Assembly: GCA_027064425.1 (NCBI GenBank)
Contig: JAMOPO010000015.1
Location: 224,001 to 288,000 of the forward strand
DNA from: Methanobacteriota archaeon
GTDB lineage: Archaea > JAADCQ01 > Methanopyri > Methanopyrales > Methanopyraceae
Length of the DNA stretch: 64,000 bases
Reading direction: 5' to 3'
The notes beneath the pieces are model-generated. The model did no database searches. It saw only the letters and a list, made by a program, of their open reading frames with translations, and was not told the DNA's origin. Shown here piece after piece: positions 28,100-37,188 of the stretch. The position numbers were made by a program, and so were the translations under genes. Every line of letters begins with the position of its first letter. Positions within the stretch are counted from its first letter, which is position 1.

Positions 28100-28814
28100 G
28101 TCGGACGTGCCGGCGAGGCTTCGGGAGAGGCTCTGCAGCTTCCGTGGCGTCGTCCTGGACGCCGACGTGTTCGCGGCCCTCGTCGGGGCCTTCTCGGACG
28201 ATCTCTGCGAGGCGCCGACCGACAACGTCGTGTACGCGTTCCTCCTCGAGCTCAGGCGGCTGATGGGTGAGAGGTTCGTCCTGTACTCCTACGAGGAGCT
28301 CCAGGCGAAGTACGCCGAGATCGTGAGGGAGCTCGCGGACGAGCGGGTCGTGTGCGACGACTGCCCCGCCTCGCCCGTAAGCCCAACCGTACGGGGTCTC
28401 TGCCACCTGTTCAGGAGTCACAAGGAGGTAAGGGTGCCCAGGCTACTGTCCCGGTCAGGCCTCCTCGAGCAGCTGGAGCGGCTGTACCGGGAGCTGCTGC
28501 GCGCGGGGTGCACCTGCCCACCCGAGTTCAGGGACTTCAAGCACGACTTCGTGGAGGGGCGCGCCGGCGACGAGCACGTGCACGTGGCCAACGTCCTCGT
28601 GGCCGCGGTCAAGAGGGCCGTCCTCGTGACCTCCGACCGCAGGATCAAGGACGTCTGCGATAGGTTGAAACCCGGCTGCCTCTGCATCCGCCTCGACCGC
28701 GAGTGCGTCAGGGACCCCACCCAAGAGGAGCTCAGGCTCGAGCTGGCCCCCGAACTCGGTGGCCTCCCCTCCGAGCTGAGGTACCGGCGGGTGGCCGGCG
28801 GGTTCGCCCCTTAG
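28083..28814 (+). CDS. PIN-domain-like protein, Cys-rich
   Basis: VVLDADVF at the N-terminus and AVLVTSDRR at the C-terminus; overlaps the upstream gene by 17 nt. Confidence 0.55.
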   Translation: MSRGDESDVPARLRERLCSFRGVVLDADVFAALVGAFSDDLCEAPTDNVVYAFLLELRRLMGERFVLYSYEELQAKYAEIVRELADERVVCDDCPASPVSPTVRGLCHLFRSHKEVRVPRLLSRSGLLEQLERLYRELLRAGCTCPPEFRDFKHDFVEGRAGDEHVHVANVLVAAVKRAVLVTSDRRIKDVCDRLKPGCLCIRLDRECVRDPTQEELRLELAPELGGLPSELRYRRVAGGFAP

Positions 28815-29004
28815 CTCCGGGCGGGTCGCTCCTCCTCCGCGGTGCCCGGGCGCTCCTACCGTTGTAATCTCACTCCCTGAGCGGGCCCCAGCCTCCGGGG
28901 CCGAGGCTCGCGCGGTGACGGCAACGAGCAACCTGCGGTAGCCTCTCTCCGCCCGGTCACGAAGGCAGGCTGAGGTGGGGCGCGCCGGACGGGTCCGGCG
29001 GGGG

Positions 29005-30630
29005 TCAGCCGAGCCCCATCAACCTGCTCTCCACCAGCGCGCCGAGCGTCGCGAGGGCTGGTCCGAGCACTCCCGCCCAGTACCCGGGAAACTTGTTACC
29101 GAAATCGCACGTGACGTTGGTTAGCGAGTGCAGGAGCGCACCGGTCGGTAGCGGGGCGACCGCGTACAGGACGTGATTCGACGCCCGGTCGACCACCGCC
29201 CTCCACTCCAGCGGCCAAAGCTCCCCCTCGATCGCGGCCTCCAGCAGCCCGTACCAGGAGCCCGCGAGCGGGAGCGGCAGTCCGGAGAGATCGCTCATGA
29301 GCCGCTTCGCCGGCTCCTCGATCAGCGGAGCCCAGACCGAGCCCTCGACCGCGTCGAGCACGCGCGACGAGGCCCGATCGCCGAGTCCCAAGAGCCCCAG
29401 CAAATGCCCCCCCGAGGCAGTGAAGGATCCCGACGTACGCCGGACGCGCCGCGTACTCGAGGACGCTGGCCAGGTCCCACCGGGACTCGGGCGCTTCACC
29501 CAGCCGCGGGAGGCGCTCCAAGAGCTCGATGCAGGCCAGCGAGGTCGCGAGCCCAACCCCGCTCGCGAGGAGGTAAGCCCCCGGAAGCAGGCCGGGGTTC
29601 AGCAGCGTCAGCAGCGGTCGGGCGAGCTCCGTGCCGGCCAAACCGGCGGCCTCTATGAGGTTCCGGATTCCATGGGCCGGGCGGAGAGCCGGAGGAGGTT
29701 CCGGCTGAGGAGTCGCTCGACGCCGTCGATGGATTTCAACAGCTCCGCGAGGCCGGCCAGCCGCGGGTTGCGCTCCCGTATAAACCCGAGAGACGGTCTC
29801 GCGAGCTCGAGGAGGATCCTGCTCCGGTGACGTCGGGTCAACCAGAGCCCCGACCCGCCTCCGGCGGACCCCACCTGGGACGGCCGAACGAAGTCCTCTG
29901 AGGTCAGCTCGAGGAGCTTTTTGACCCCCTGGACGGCAGGCGGGCGCGCCACGCACCACCCGTACGCAGGTCGTAGACGACCCGGTACGCGTCCGACCCG
30001 CCGGGCCTCGCGAAGTCAAATGCGACGGTCTCGCCCTCAAGCTCCACGCGAACGAGGAGGTCGTAGGGGTCCATGAGCTCGATGGCCTGGGTGAGCGGGA
30101 TGATGCCCACCATGGTCGTTTCGAGGGCAGAGGGCGGCGGGAGGTGCGTGGCGGGTTCGAAGACCCCTCCGCCGTGAATGATGAACACCGGGAGCTCCTC
30201 GCCAGCGTGTACCGGCTCGACGGGTACGGAGCGGAGGCCCGGTGTCCAGAACCCTACGACCAAAGTACGTGCGGGTGGGATCGAGCCGCACCGAGCGGCG
30301 AACGGTGCCCGCGGGCGTCGGGTCCTCGACCGCCACCTCGGTCGGCGTCACCCGAACCCTCGGCTCGTCGGAGCCCAGCCAGAAGACGGGCCGGCTCTCG
30401 TCGGGGGCGATGAGGATGTGGGTCCAGCCGACGACCGTTGGAAGGTCTTCGGCGCCGTTGAGCCTTTCCGCAAGCTGACTCGTGACCTCCAGGGTGGCAC
30501 GCCTCGGCCCCTCCTTCTCCAGCGCAACGGCGCGATCCACGAGGTCCGGTAGGAGGACGGCGTCACCCGAGGCCGGGATCGCCGTCAGCGACAACGTCAG
30601 CACCGCGGTGCCAGGGTCCGGGCACCCACC
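29005..30630 (-). pseudogene. Frameshifted extracellular-domain/PrsW-family intramembrane protease fusion
   Basis: Five successive frame segments; last segment has APLIEEPAK, YGLLE, NH and LLHSLTN (PrsW/CPBP motifs); start approximate. Confidence 0.65.
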
Positions 30631-31725
30631 GGCTCGCTCCCCAGTGTCCCAGAGCTCGAGCCGGGTCATCCCCCGACCGCATCAAGGAAGGGCTGGAAGC
30701 CCCGCCACGGCCCTGGTGCGAGCGGGTTGTTAGTGCTTCGGACGAGCGCCCCGGCTCCGGGTCGCGGCGAACCGTCATTCTTAAGAGAGGAGCCCGCAGG
30801 GCGAGTGCGGCCCTTCCGAGGAGTTGCAAGGGACGATCTTGGAGTGTGGAGGCCGCCCCGAACGGGGTTCAAAGAGTCCGATGGAGTCGCCGGCGTGACC
30901 GTGTCGGGCGACGCGGTGGTGGTCAGAACGGTGGACGGCGGGAGCTAAGACCGCTCATACTCGCCTCGAAGGGTTCGCCGAGACGATCCGGGAGCTGAGG
31001 GGTCCAGGGTTGAGCGGTAAGCGCCACCGGTCTTTCGGGAAGGCCATCGACTTCAGTCGGATTCGCCCGCACCGGATCGCGCCGATAGCGGGTGTGACGG
31101 TAGCGGCCACTGCGGGAGCGGTGATCGGCACGATTACCGGTATTTTGGAGCGGCGATGTCCGTACCAGTCCCCGGTTGAATGCCAGCCCCGGTGTGCCCG
31201 AGGTGGCATCCACGTGCGAGTCGAGCCGGGCCGGCCGGTGATCGTGCGTGACTATGGGTACCTCGAGCAATGAAAAGAGATCCCGGGCACCCTGATATTG
31301 GGAGCAGAACGTGGTCACGATGAGAGCCCCCACGCGGGTGGTGCACTGGAAGGGTCAGAGTGGTGTGAGTGTACCCGCGAAATCGAGGAGGCGCGCCGCT
31401 GCTGGTGAGGTGGCGCGGAGGAGTTGGCCCGAGAGCCCGGCTCGACGCCCTATTCTGCGGTGGCCCACCGGATCGGCCGTCGGCTCGGTGGAGCGGTCGT
31501 CGGGGAGCGGGGCGGGCCGCGAGCGAGGCGTTCGGAAATGGGAAAACGATGCGTTACCCTTTATTAACATGCCGTATCTTTAGCACAGGAAAAGGTTTCT
31601 CTGGCTGGCGCACACCCGGTGCCGAAACCGCCGGGGCGCCGGAGCCGAGTGGGGCTGGTAGCGAAGGGAACGTCCGCTTCCGATGCGTGAGGCGACGCCG
31701 ACCGCCGTACCGCAACGCCTACAGG

Positions 31726-32935
31726 TCAGGACGGGATGGCGTCCGCGGGCAGCCACAAGCGCCGGGTCAACCTGGACGCGCGCAGGGTGATCAGGGCTCT
31801 CATGATGAAGCAGACCGCCAGCGAGAGAACGCCGACCGCCTCACCGTACGGGACGCCCCAGACGAGGGCCACGAACGGCGCCGCTATCAGTCCTGCCAGC
31901 CCGATTGCCACCGGGAGCATCAGGAAGTGCAGCCCTATCGTCTGCTCGGCGATGGGGTACTTGAGGGGCCTCCGGCGGTGCGCCCGCACGATCAGGAGCG
32001 GAGATATCAGGAGGATTACGGCCCCGACGATCAGGAGCGGGCCGGCGAGGAGATGGCCGAACAGGATCGGTAGCGGCGCGCCCGCGCATCGATCCCGGCG
32101 GGTACGGCGAACAGCTGCAGCTGGACGAGGACCAGCCCGCGCGGCAGGGAGGCCGACCTGTAACGGTAAGCGCGGTGCGCGATCCGCCAGAACGCGAGCG
32201 CCACGGCCGTCAGGGGGAGGAAGGCGACGAGGATGATGAGCGCGGCAGGGTCCAGCCGGTGACCTTCAGGCCGAGCTTCACGAGCGTTCTGGTCACCTTG
32301 AGCAGCAGCTTCTTCAGGATCTTGGTCAGGAGCGCCTTGCCCGCCTTCTCACCGGCCTTGGCACCAACGGTACCCTTCTTCCCCTTCCCGCCGCCTAACA
32401 GCGTCAGGGGGTGACAGCACGACCCACAGTCCCACGTGCTTCGGCTCAATGGCCTCCAGGTTTTGCCCGTACCCGGTCAGCACCCTCAGCCAGTGCTTCA
32501 GGAGCTTCCGAACCACCCGCCGAGCTCGCGCGGGTGGACCGACCCGCACCTCCAGCCACGGCCAGCGCAGCCAGACGCCGTCTCGACGCCGCTCGACGAG
32601 GGGGAACCTCCGGCTCTTCCTCAGAATCTTCCCGAGGTGCGGAGCAGCCGATCCTCGTCCCCATCCCGGGCGGCCAGGATCGCCTTGACACCATGGTACA
32701 CCTTCCAGCTGCGGACCGGGAGTACAACGTGCCGCGGGTCCCGGAGGACCAGGACCAGTCGCACCTCCTCGGCCTCGTCCATCCGAGGGTGGAGCGAGCG
32801 GTGCCGTTCCTTCACTTCGACGACGTCCTCCGGGCGCACCCGAACCGTCCCGTCCGCCCCGCTCACGACGATGCGCTCCGAGGATAACTTCACTCGAGAG
32901 GAAAAGCCGGGGAGGACGCTGACCGCGCGAACCAC
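31726..32935 (-). pseudogene. Frameshifted paralogue of 33059-34261
   Basis: HVVLPVRSWKVYHGVKAILAARDG vs RVVLPVRDKRLYWGLKALLAARDG; TM segments continue in other frames. Confidence 0.65.
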
Positions 32936-33058
32936 GCGTCCTTTCCCCGACCGACGCGGTCCCCGTCTCGGGTTACATCAAAACGGAAATAAAGCCGGCA
33001 CCGCTCGAGGCGCCCGGGCGCGGGGCCGCGGCCGGCCGGACCGGCCTGATACGCTCCG

Positions 33059-34261
33059 ATGAGCCGAGGGTCGAAGCGGCGCACCGTCGGCGGCGGGGGA
33101 GCCCGGTTGGTCGAGCCCATCCGCCCCGTCCCCGGCTCCTCCACCTGGGTGAAGCTCACCTCAGGGTGCGTGATCGTCCGCGAGCGCGGTACGACCCGCC
33201 GCGTGCGCCTCGAGGACGTCGTCGACCTGAAGGTCCGCCCGAAGCGGGGGCCGAGGACCTCCGATCCGATCCGGGAGGGGCGGCTCGTCCTGGTTACAAA
33301 GGATCTCGAGCGGGTCGTGCTGCCGGTCCGCGACAAGCGGCTGTACTGGGGCCTCAAGGCGCTCCTCGCCGCCAGGGACGGCGAGACCGATCGGCTGGTT
33401 AGGTACCTGACGGAGCTGCTGCGGATCGCGGGACGCCCGCCGCTCGCCGAGCGTCGAGGCGGGCGCGTGCTCCTCCGATGGCCGTGGCTCGAGCTGGAGC
33501 TGCCCGTCGAGCGGGCCGAGACCGTCTACCGCAGGCTGCTCTCCGAGTGGAGGGAGCTGCTGGAGTCCGACGAGTACGATCATGACCTGAGCCGGGAGGG
33601 CCGCCCGAGGTGGGTGGCCCTCTCCGTGCCGCTGGCACCTGCGGTGATGCTGGTGGGCGTTCACCGCAAGCTGGTCGCCCAGGCCAGTTCCGTCCTGGTG
33701 ATGGGGGCGAAGGTCGCGGTGAAGGGCCTTGGACGCGCGCTGGGACCGGGGATTTACCCGGCGCTCCGCGACGTGGGCGTCGGCCTGGTCTCCGCGCTGC
33801 CGTGGCTCGCGCTGTTCGCCTGCCTGTACTGGCTCTTGGCGCGCCGCCTACTCTCCACCGTGGATGACGAGCTGCTGAGGTTCATGCTGACGCAGAGGCT
33901 CGCGGGGATGGGAGCGGCCACGGGCCTCTGGTGCCTCCTGGCCCCGTTCGCCGCGAGGACGTACGCGCTCCCGGTCGCCGTGATCGCCGCCTGGGTGTCC
34001 GTGATTCCCGCCGTTCGGGCCGCGTCGGCGTGCCTTAAGGACCCGGAAAGGTTCGCGATCGCCATAACGGAGGTGGGAACGTGCGCGCGGCTGGCGTTCG
34101 CCGCGGGCGCGTGTGCCGCGCTGGCCGCCGCCGTGGTCGAGGGCCCGCTAGCGGGCGGCGTCGCGGAGCTGATCTCGGCGGTCGCGTACGCGCACGTCGT
34201 CTCGAACAGGGTGGAGGCCGCGTCCTGTTTGGCACGGAAAGTGTGGATCCCTGGCGGTTAA
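33059..34261 (+). CDS. Membrane protein with N-terminal PH-like beta domain(s)
   Basis: VKLTSGCVIVR...VRLEDVVDLKV resembles a bacterial PH domain; multiple C-terminal TM helices. Confidence 0.65.
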   Translation: MSRGSKRRTVGGGGARLVEPIRPVPGSSTWVKLTSGCVIVRERGTTRRVRLEDVVDLKVRPKRGPRTSDPIREGRLVLVTKDLERVVLPVRDKRLYWGLKALLAARDGETDRLVRYLTELLRIAGRPPLAERRGGRVLLRWPWLELELPVERAETVYRRLLSEWRELLESDEYDHDLSREGRPRWVALSVPLAPAVMLVGVHRKLVAQASSVLVMGAKVAVKGLGRALGPGIYPALRDVGVGLVSALPWLALFACLYWLLARRLLSTVDDELLRFMLTQRLAGMGAATGLWCLLAPFAARTYALPVAVIAAWVSVIPAVRAASACLKDPERFAIAITEVGTCARLAFAAGACAALAAAVVEGPLAGGVAELISAVAYAHVVSNRVEAASCLARKVWIPGG

Positions 34262-34389
34262 CGGGCCGGTGGGACGGCGCGAGCGGGAAGTTAGGTCCGG
34301 ATCGGGGACGGTACCGCCTGCCGCCTTCCCTACGGAGTTCCAGCGCCGGCCGCCTTGAGTGACCATGAAATGCGGCCGGTAAGACCCTC

Positions 34390-36981
34390 CTACGGCGCCC
34401 CCAGCAGCGCCCAGGAGAGGAGGACGGCGACGAGCGCGTGCGTCATCCCGTGTACTGGAAGGCGTCCTGAGTTCATCACGCCGTAGAGCAGGGCGGCCAG
34501 CGGCCAGGGCGGCAGGGTCCAGAGGAGCAGTGCGTAGCCGAACTTCTCGGTCGCGGGCAGGACGATCGTGGTCGGAAACGCGAGCCAGTAGCCCGGATCG
34601 AGCCACCGATCCCGGCCGTGCCAGAGCGTGTCGAGGAGCACGTAGACGAACGCGGCAACCTCCGGCGAGCCCGTGAGCTCGGCGACCCGGTGCATCGCGA
34701 TCGTGTCCACCACGGGAGCCACGGCGCAGTAGAGAGCGCGCTCCGAGAGCTCCTCCGCCCAATCCTCCACGCCGGTCGCGGGGGCCGGGAGGCCCACCAC
34801 CGGCAGGGCTAGCTCCAGCAGCGGCCGGACGAGGAGTGGCAGGAGGATCCTTCCGAGGAATTCCTCAAGCAGCCCGACGGGCGCGTAGTAAGCAACGGCC
34901 GTCAGGAGCGGGCCGACCAGGCCCAGGGAGCGTGACCTCTCGGCGAGGGGCCTGAGCGTTTCGTGCAGCCAGAGCTCGAGCGTCACCAGTGCGAGGTCGA
35001 TGGGCAGCGCGCACACCGCCGCCAGCGTGTCGGGCGCGACCGCGAGCCACGGTGCCCTCAGGACGGCGCACGCCGGCTCCGAGAGCGGGTCACCCGGGCA
35101 CGGTACGAACCCGACACCTGGGAACCTCTGCCTCCACTCGAGCCACCAGGAAATCAGCCGCGGTATCGGCGCGCCCACGGGGTTAGCGGCCATGCTAACG
35201 CCCTCGTCAACGAACCGCCTGAACGGGTGATCTTCGGGAAGCTCGAAGACGACGAGGACCGGGTGCGAACCCTCCAGCGAGTGTACAACCACTCCCCCGA
35301 CCCTCCCTCCCAGCCGCTCCACCTCCTCGGCCCGCCTCTTGATCTCCTTGACCACCTGAGGGTCGCTCACCACTCGAGCCCGGAACTCGGGCCGCCCCGC
35401 GCTGAAGTCGATCCGCACGGTGAGCTCCAGGATGCCGTCCTCGCCCGGGATGGCGCAGTAGTAGCGGAGGACGCACCCCCGTTCCGAGAGCTCAAACGCC
35501 GCGTCGATCGGGGAAGCAATCGGCGGGACGAGAGTGGCGACCCGGTCCGGGGCTACGTACGCCCGAGCCGAGTCGCCCTCGAGGACGTACACGATCGGAC
35601 CGAGGTCCGTGACCGGCGCGACCAGGTACGTGCGCTCCGCGTGGTATACGAAATAACAGCTGAGGTAGTCTCCGACGAGGATCACGGCCGGGTCCGGAAG
35701 CCGGAGACTCCGGACTAAGCTCCACAGGGACAGCGACAGCTGAGGGGACGGGCCGACCGTGAACGAGTCGTCCTCGGGCCGGTACGTGCAGGTGTACGAC
35801 CTCCCCGTAGGTTCCACATACACCGTCACGTGCGCACCTTCGGCGAGCTTCTGGAGTGCCTGCTCGCGCCACTTGCACAGCAGCTGGTAATCATCGTACA
35901 GGCCGCCAGTCACCGTCGCCGCCGAGGCGGGAGTCGCCGCGACGAGCGGCAGCGCGAGTAAGACTAACGCCGCGAGTCGCCGAAGCCCCCGGATCCCTCG
36001 TCGCCCTACGGGCGGGAAGGGCAGGAGTTGCAGTGCTGGCCCGCCTTGCTCGCCTCGCCGCCACCGTGACTCCGGGAATCGGATGTTGGGGTGCTCGCGC
36101 AACACCTTCCGCAGCTCCGCCTCGCCTCCGGGCCAGACCTGTACCGCCCGGTTAATCACCTCCATAACCGGATCCTGCCAAGGTGGCCGAAAGCGAGCGT
36201 ATAGGGGCCGCACCTCCGCGGGCATTCTCAGAACGCCTACCCGGACGAGCAGGCTACGCACCAGCGCGAACCGGGCCAGGCGGTGCAGGAGGCGTGGGTC
36301 CCGGCTCACGGTCCTGGAAACGAGGATGCGCCCTTCGCGCGGCAGGAACGTGATCGTGTACACGATGACACGGTCCGGCGGAGGCGTCGGTGCGAGAGTC
36401 TTCGGCACCGGCCGGCCCAGGACCCGGAAGACGACTCGGTCGGGGTACACGACGTACTCCACCGCCTCTCGCAGCATGTCCTGCATCTCCACCGATTTCC
36501 TGGCGATCTCGCGGTCACCCTTCAGGATGACCGCCTCGTAGGGAGGCATCTGGCCCGACTGCGAGATCCGGAGCTCGCAGACGATGCCGTCGAGCAGCGC
36601 CGCGATCAGGTCCGGCCAGGCGTCCACGACCGCGGGCCCGCGCACGTTCAGCGACGCTGACACCTGGAACCCGTTCGCGGTTGCCACTACCCTCACGCAT
36701 CCGGGCCCAACCTCCACCTCGGGGCGCCCGAAGGCCAGGAACACGTCCCTGTCCGGGAGGTAGGTGACGTCGCACGTTGACGCGTCCTCCGAGTCCACAT
36801 AAATTAAAGGGCCGTCCGGCGAGTACGCAGCCACCCACCGTTGGAACACCTCGGATCGCACGTACTTCCAACCGAACCACCAGTCGTCGATCGAGCTCCC
36901 CTGGAGCAGGGGTCGACCCGCGACTGGACTCACTGCCAGCAGGACGCCCAGCACCGCGAGGAGCTCCACGCGCCGGATCAC
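34390..36981 (-). CDS. Secreted tandem-domain protein with internal second signal peptide and C-terminal CPBP/PrsW-like membrane domain
   Basis: Two signal peptides; repeated domain (CDVTYLPDRDVF / CTYRPEDDSF); LEEFLGR, AEELSER, TLWH and VHGMTH in the TM region. Confidence 0.7.
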   Translation of the reverse strand: MIRRVELLAVLGVLLAVSPVAGRPLLQGSSIDDWWFGWKYVRSEVFQRWVAAYSPDGPLIYVDSEDASTCDVTYLPDRDVFLAFGRPEVEVGPGCVRVVATANGFQVSASLNVRGPAVVDAWPDLIAALLDGIVCELRISQSGQMPPYEAVILKGDREIARKSVEMQDMLREAVEYVVYPDRVVFRVLGRPVPKTLAPTPPPDRVIVYTITFLPREGRILVSRTVSRDPRLLHRLARFALVRSLLVRVGVLRMPAEVRPLYARFRPPWQDPVMEVINRAVQVWPGGEAELRKVLREHPNIRFPESRWRRGEQGGPALQLLPFPPVGRRGIRGLRRLAALVLLALPLVAATPASAATVTGGLYDDYQLLCKWREQALQKLAEGAHVTVYVEPTGRSYTCTYRPEDDSFTVGPSPQLSLSLWSLVRSLRLPDPAVILVGDYLSCYFVYHAERTYLVAPVTDLGPIVYVLEGDSARAYVAPDRVATLVPPIASPIDAAFELSERGCVLRYYCAIPGEDGILELTVRIDFSAGRPEFRARVVSDPQVVKEIKRRAEEVERLGGRVGGVVVHSLEGSHPVLVVFELPEDHPFRRFVDEGVSMAANPVGAPIPRLISWWLEWRQRFPGVGFVPCPGDPLSEPACAVLRAPWLAVAPDTLAAVCALPIDLALVTLELWLHETLRPLAERSRSLGLVGPLLTAVAYYAPVGLLEEFLGRILLPLLVRPLLELALPVVGLPAPATGVEDWAEELSERALYCAVAPVVDTIAMHRVAELTGSPEVAAFVYVLLDTLWHGRDRWLDPGYWLAFPTTIVLPATEKFGYALLLWTLPPWPLAALLYGVMNSGRLPVHGMTHALVAVLLSWALLGAP

Positions 36982-37188
36982 CCGGTCGCCCCAGGCCGCC
37001 GGTTCCGTGAGCCGGAGAGAAAAACGCTTCCGGTGAGATAACTTCCCGCCCGCCCGGTGTTGCAGCGTTCTTTCCGGCCCTTCGAGGACCGACTTCAGTG
37101 AGCTCCCGCCCTGATCACAGCCGGCGGAAGTGCGGCGGGAGGGGGTGGTAAAGCCGGCTGAAGGGTTGGCCCCTCGCTCCTTATCCGT

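Noticed and set aside
30727-31290. Short plus-strand fragments resembling another PH-like/TM gene
   Set aside because: Too degraded to assign; similarity could not be established by eye.
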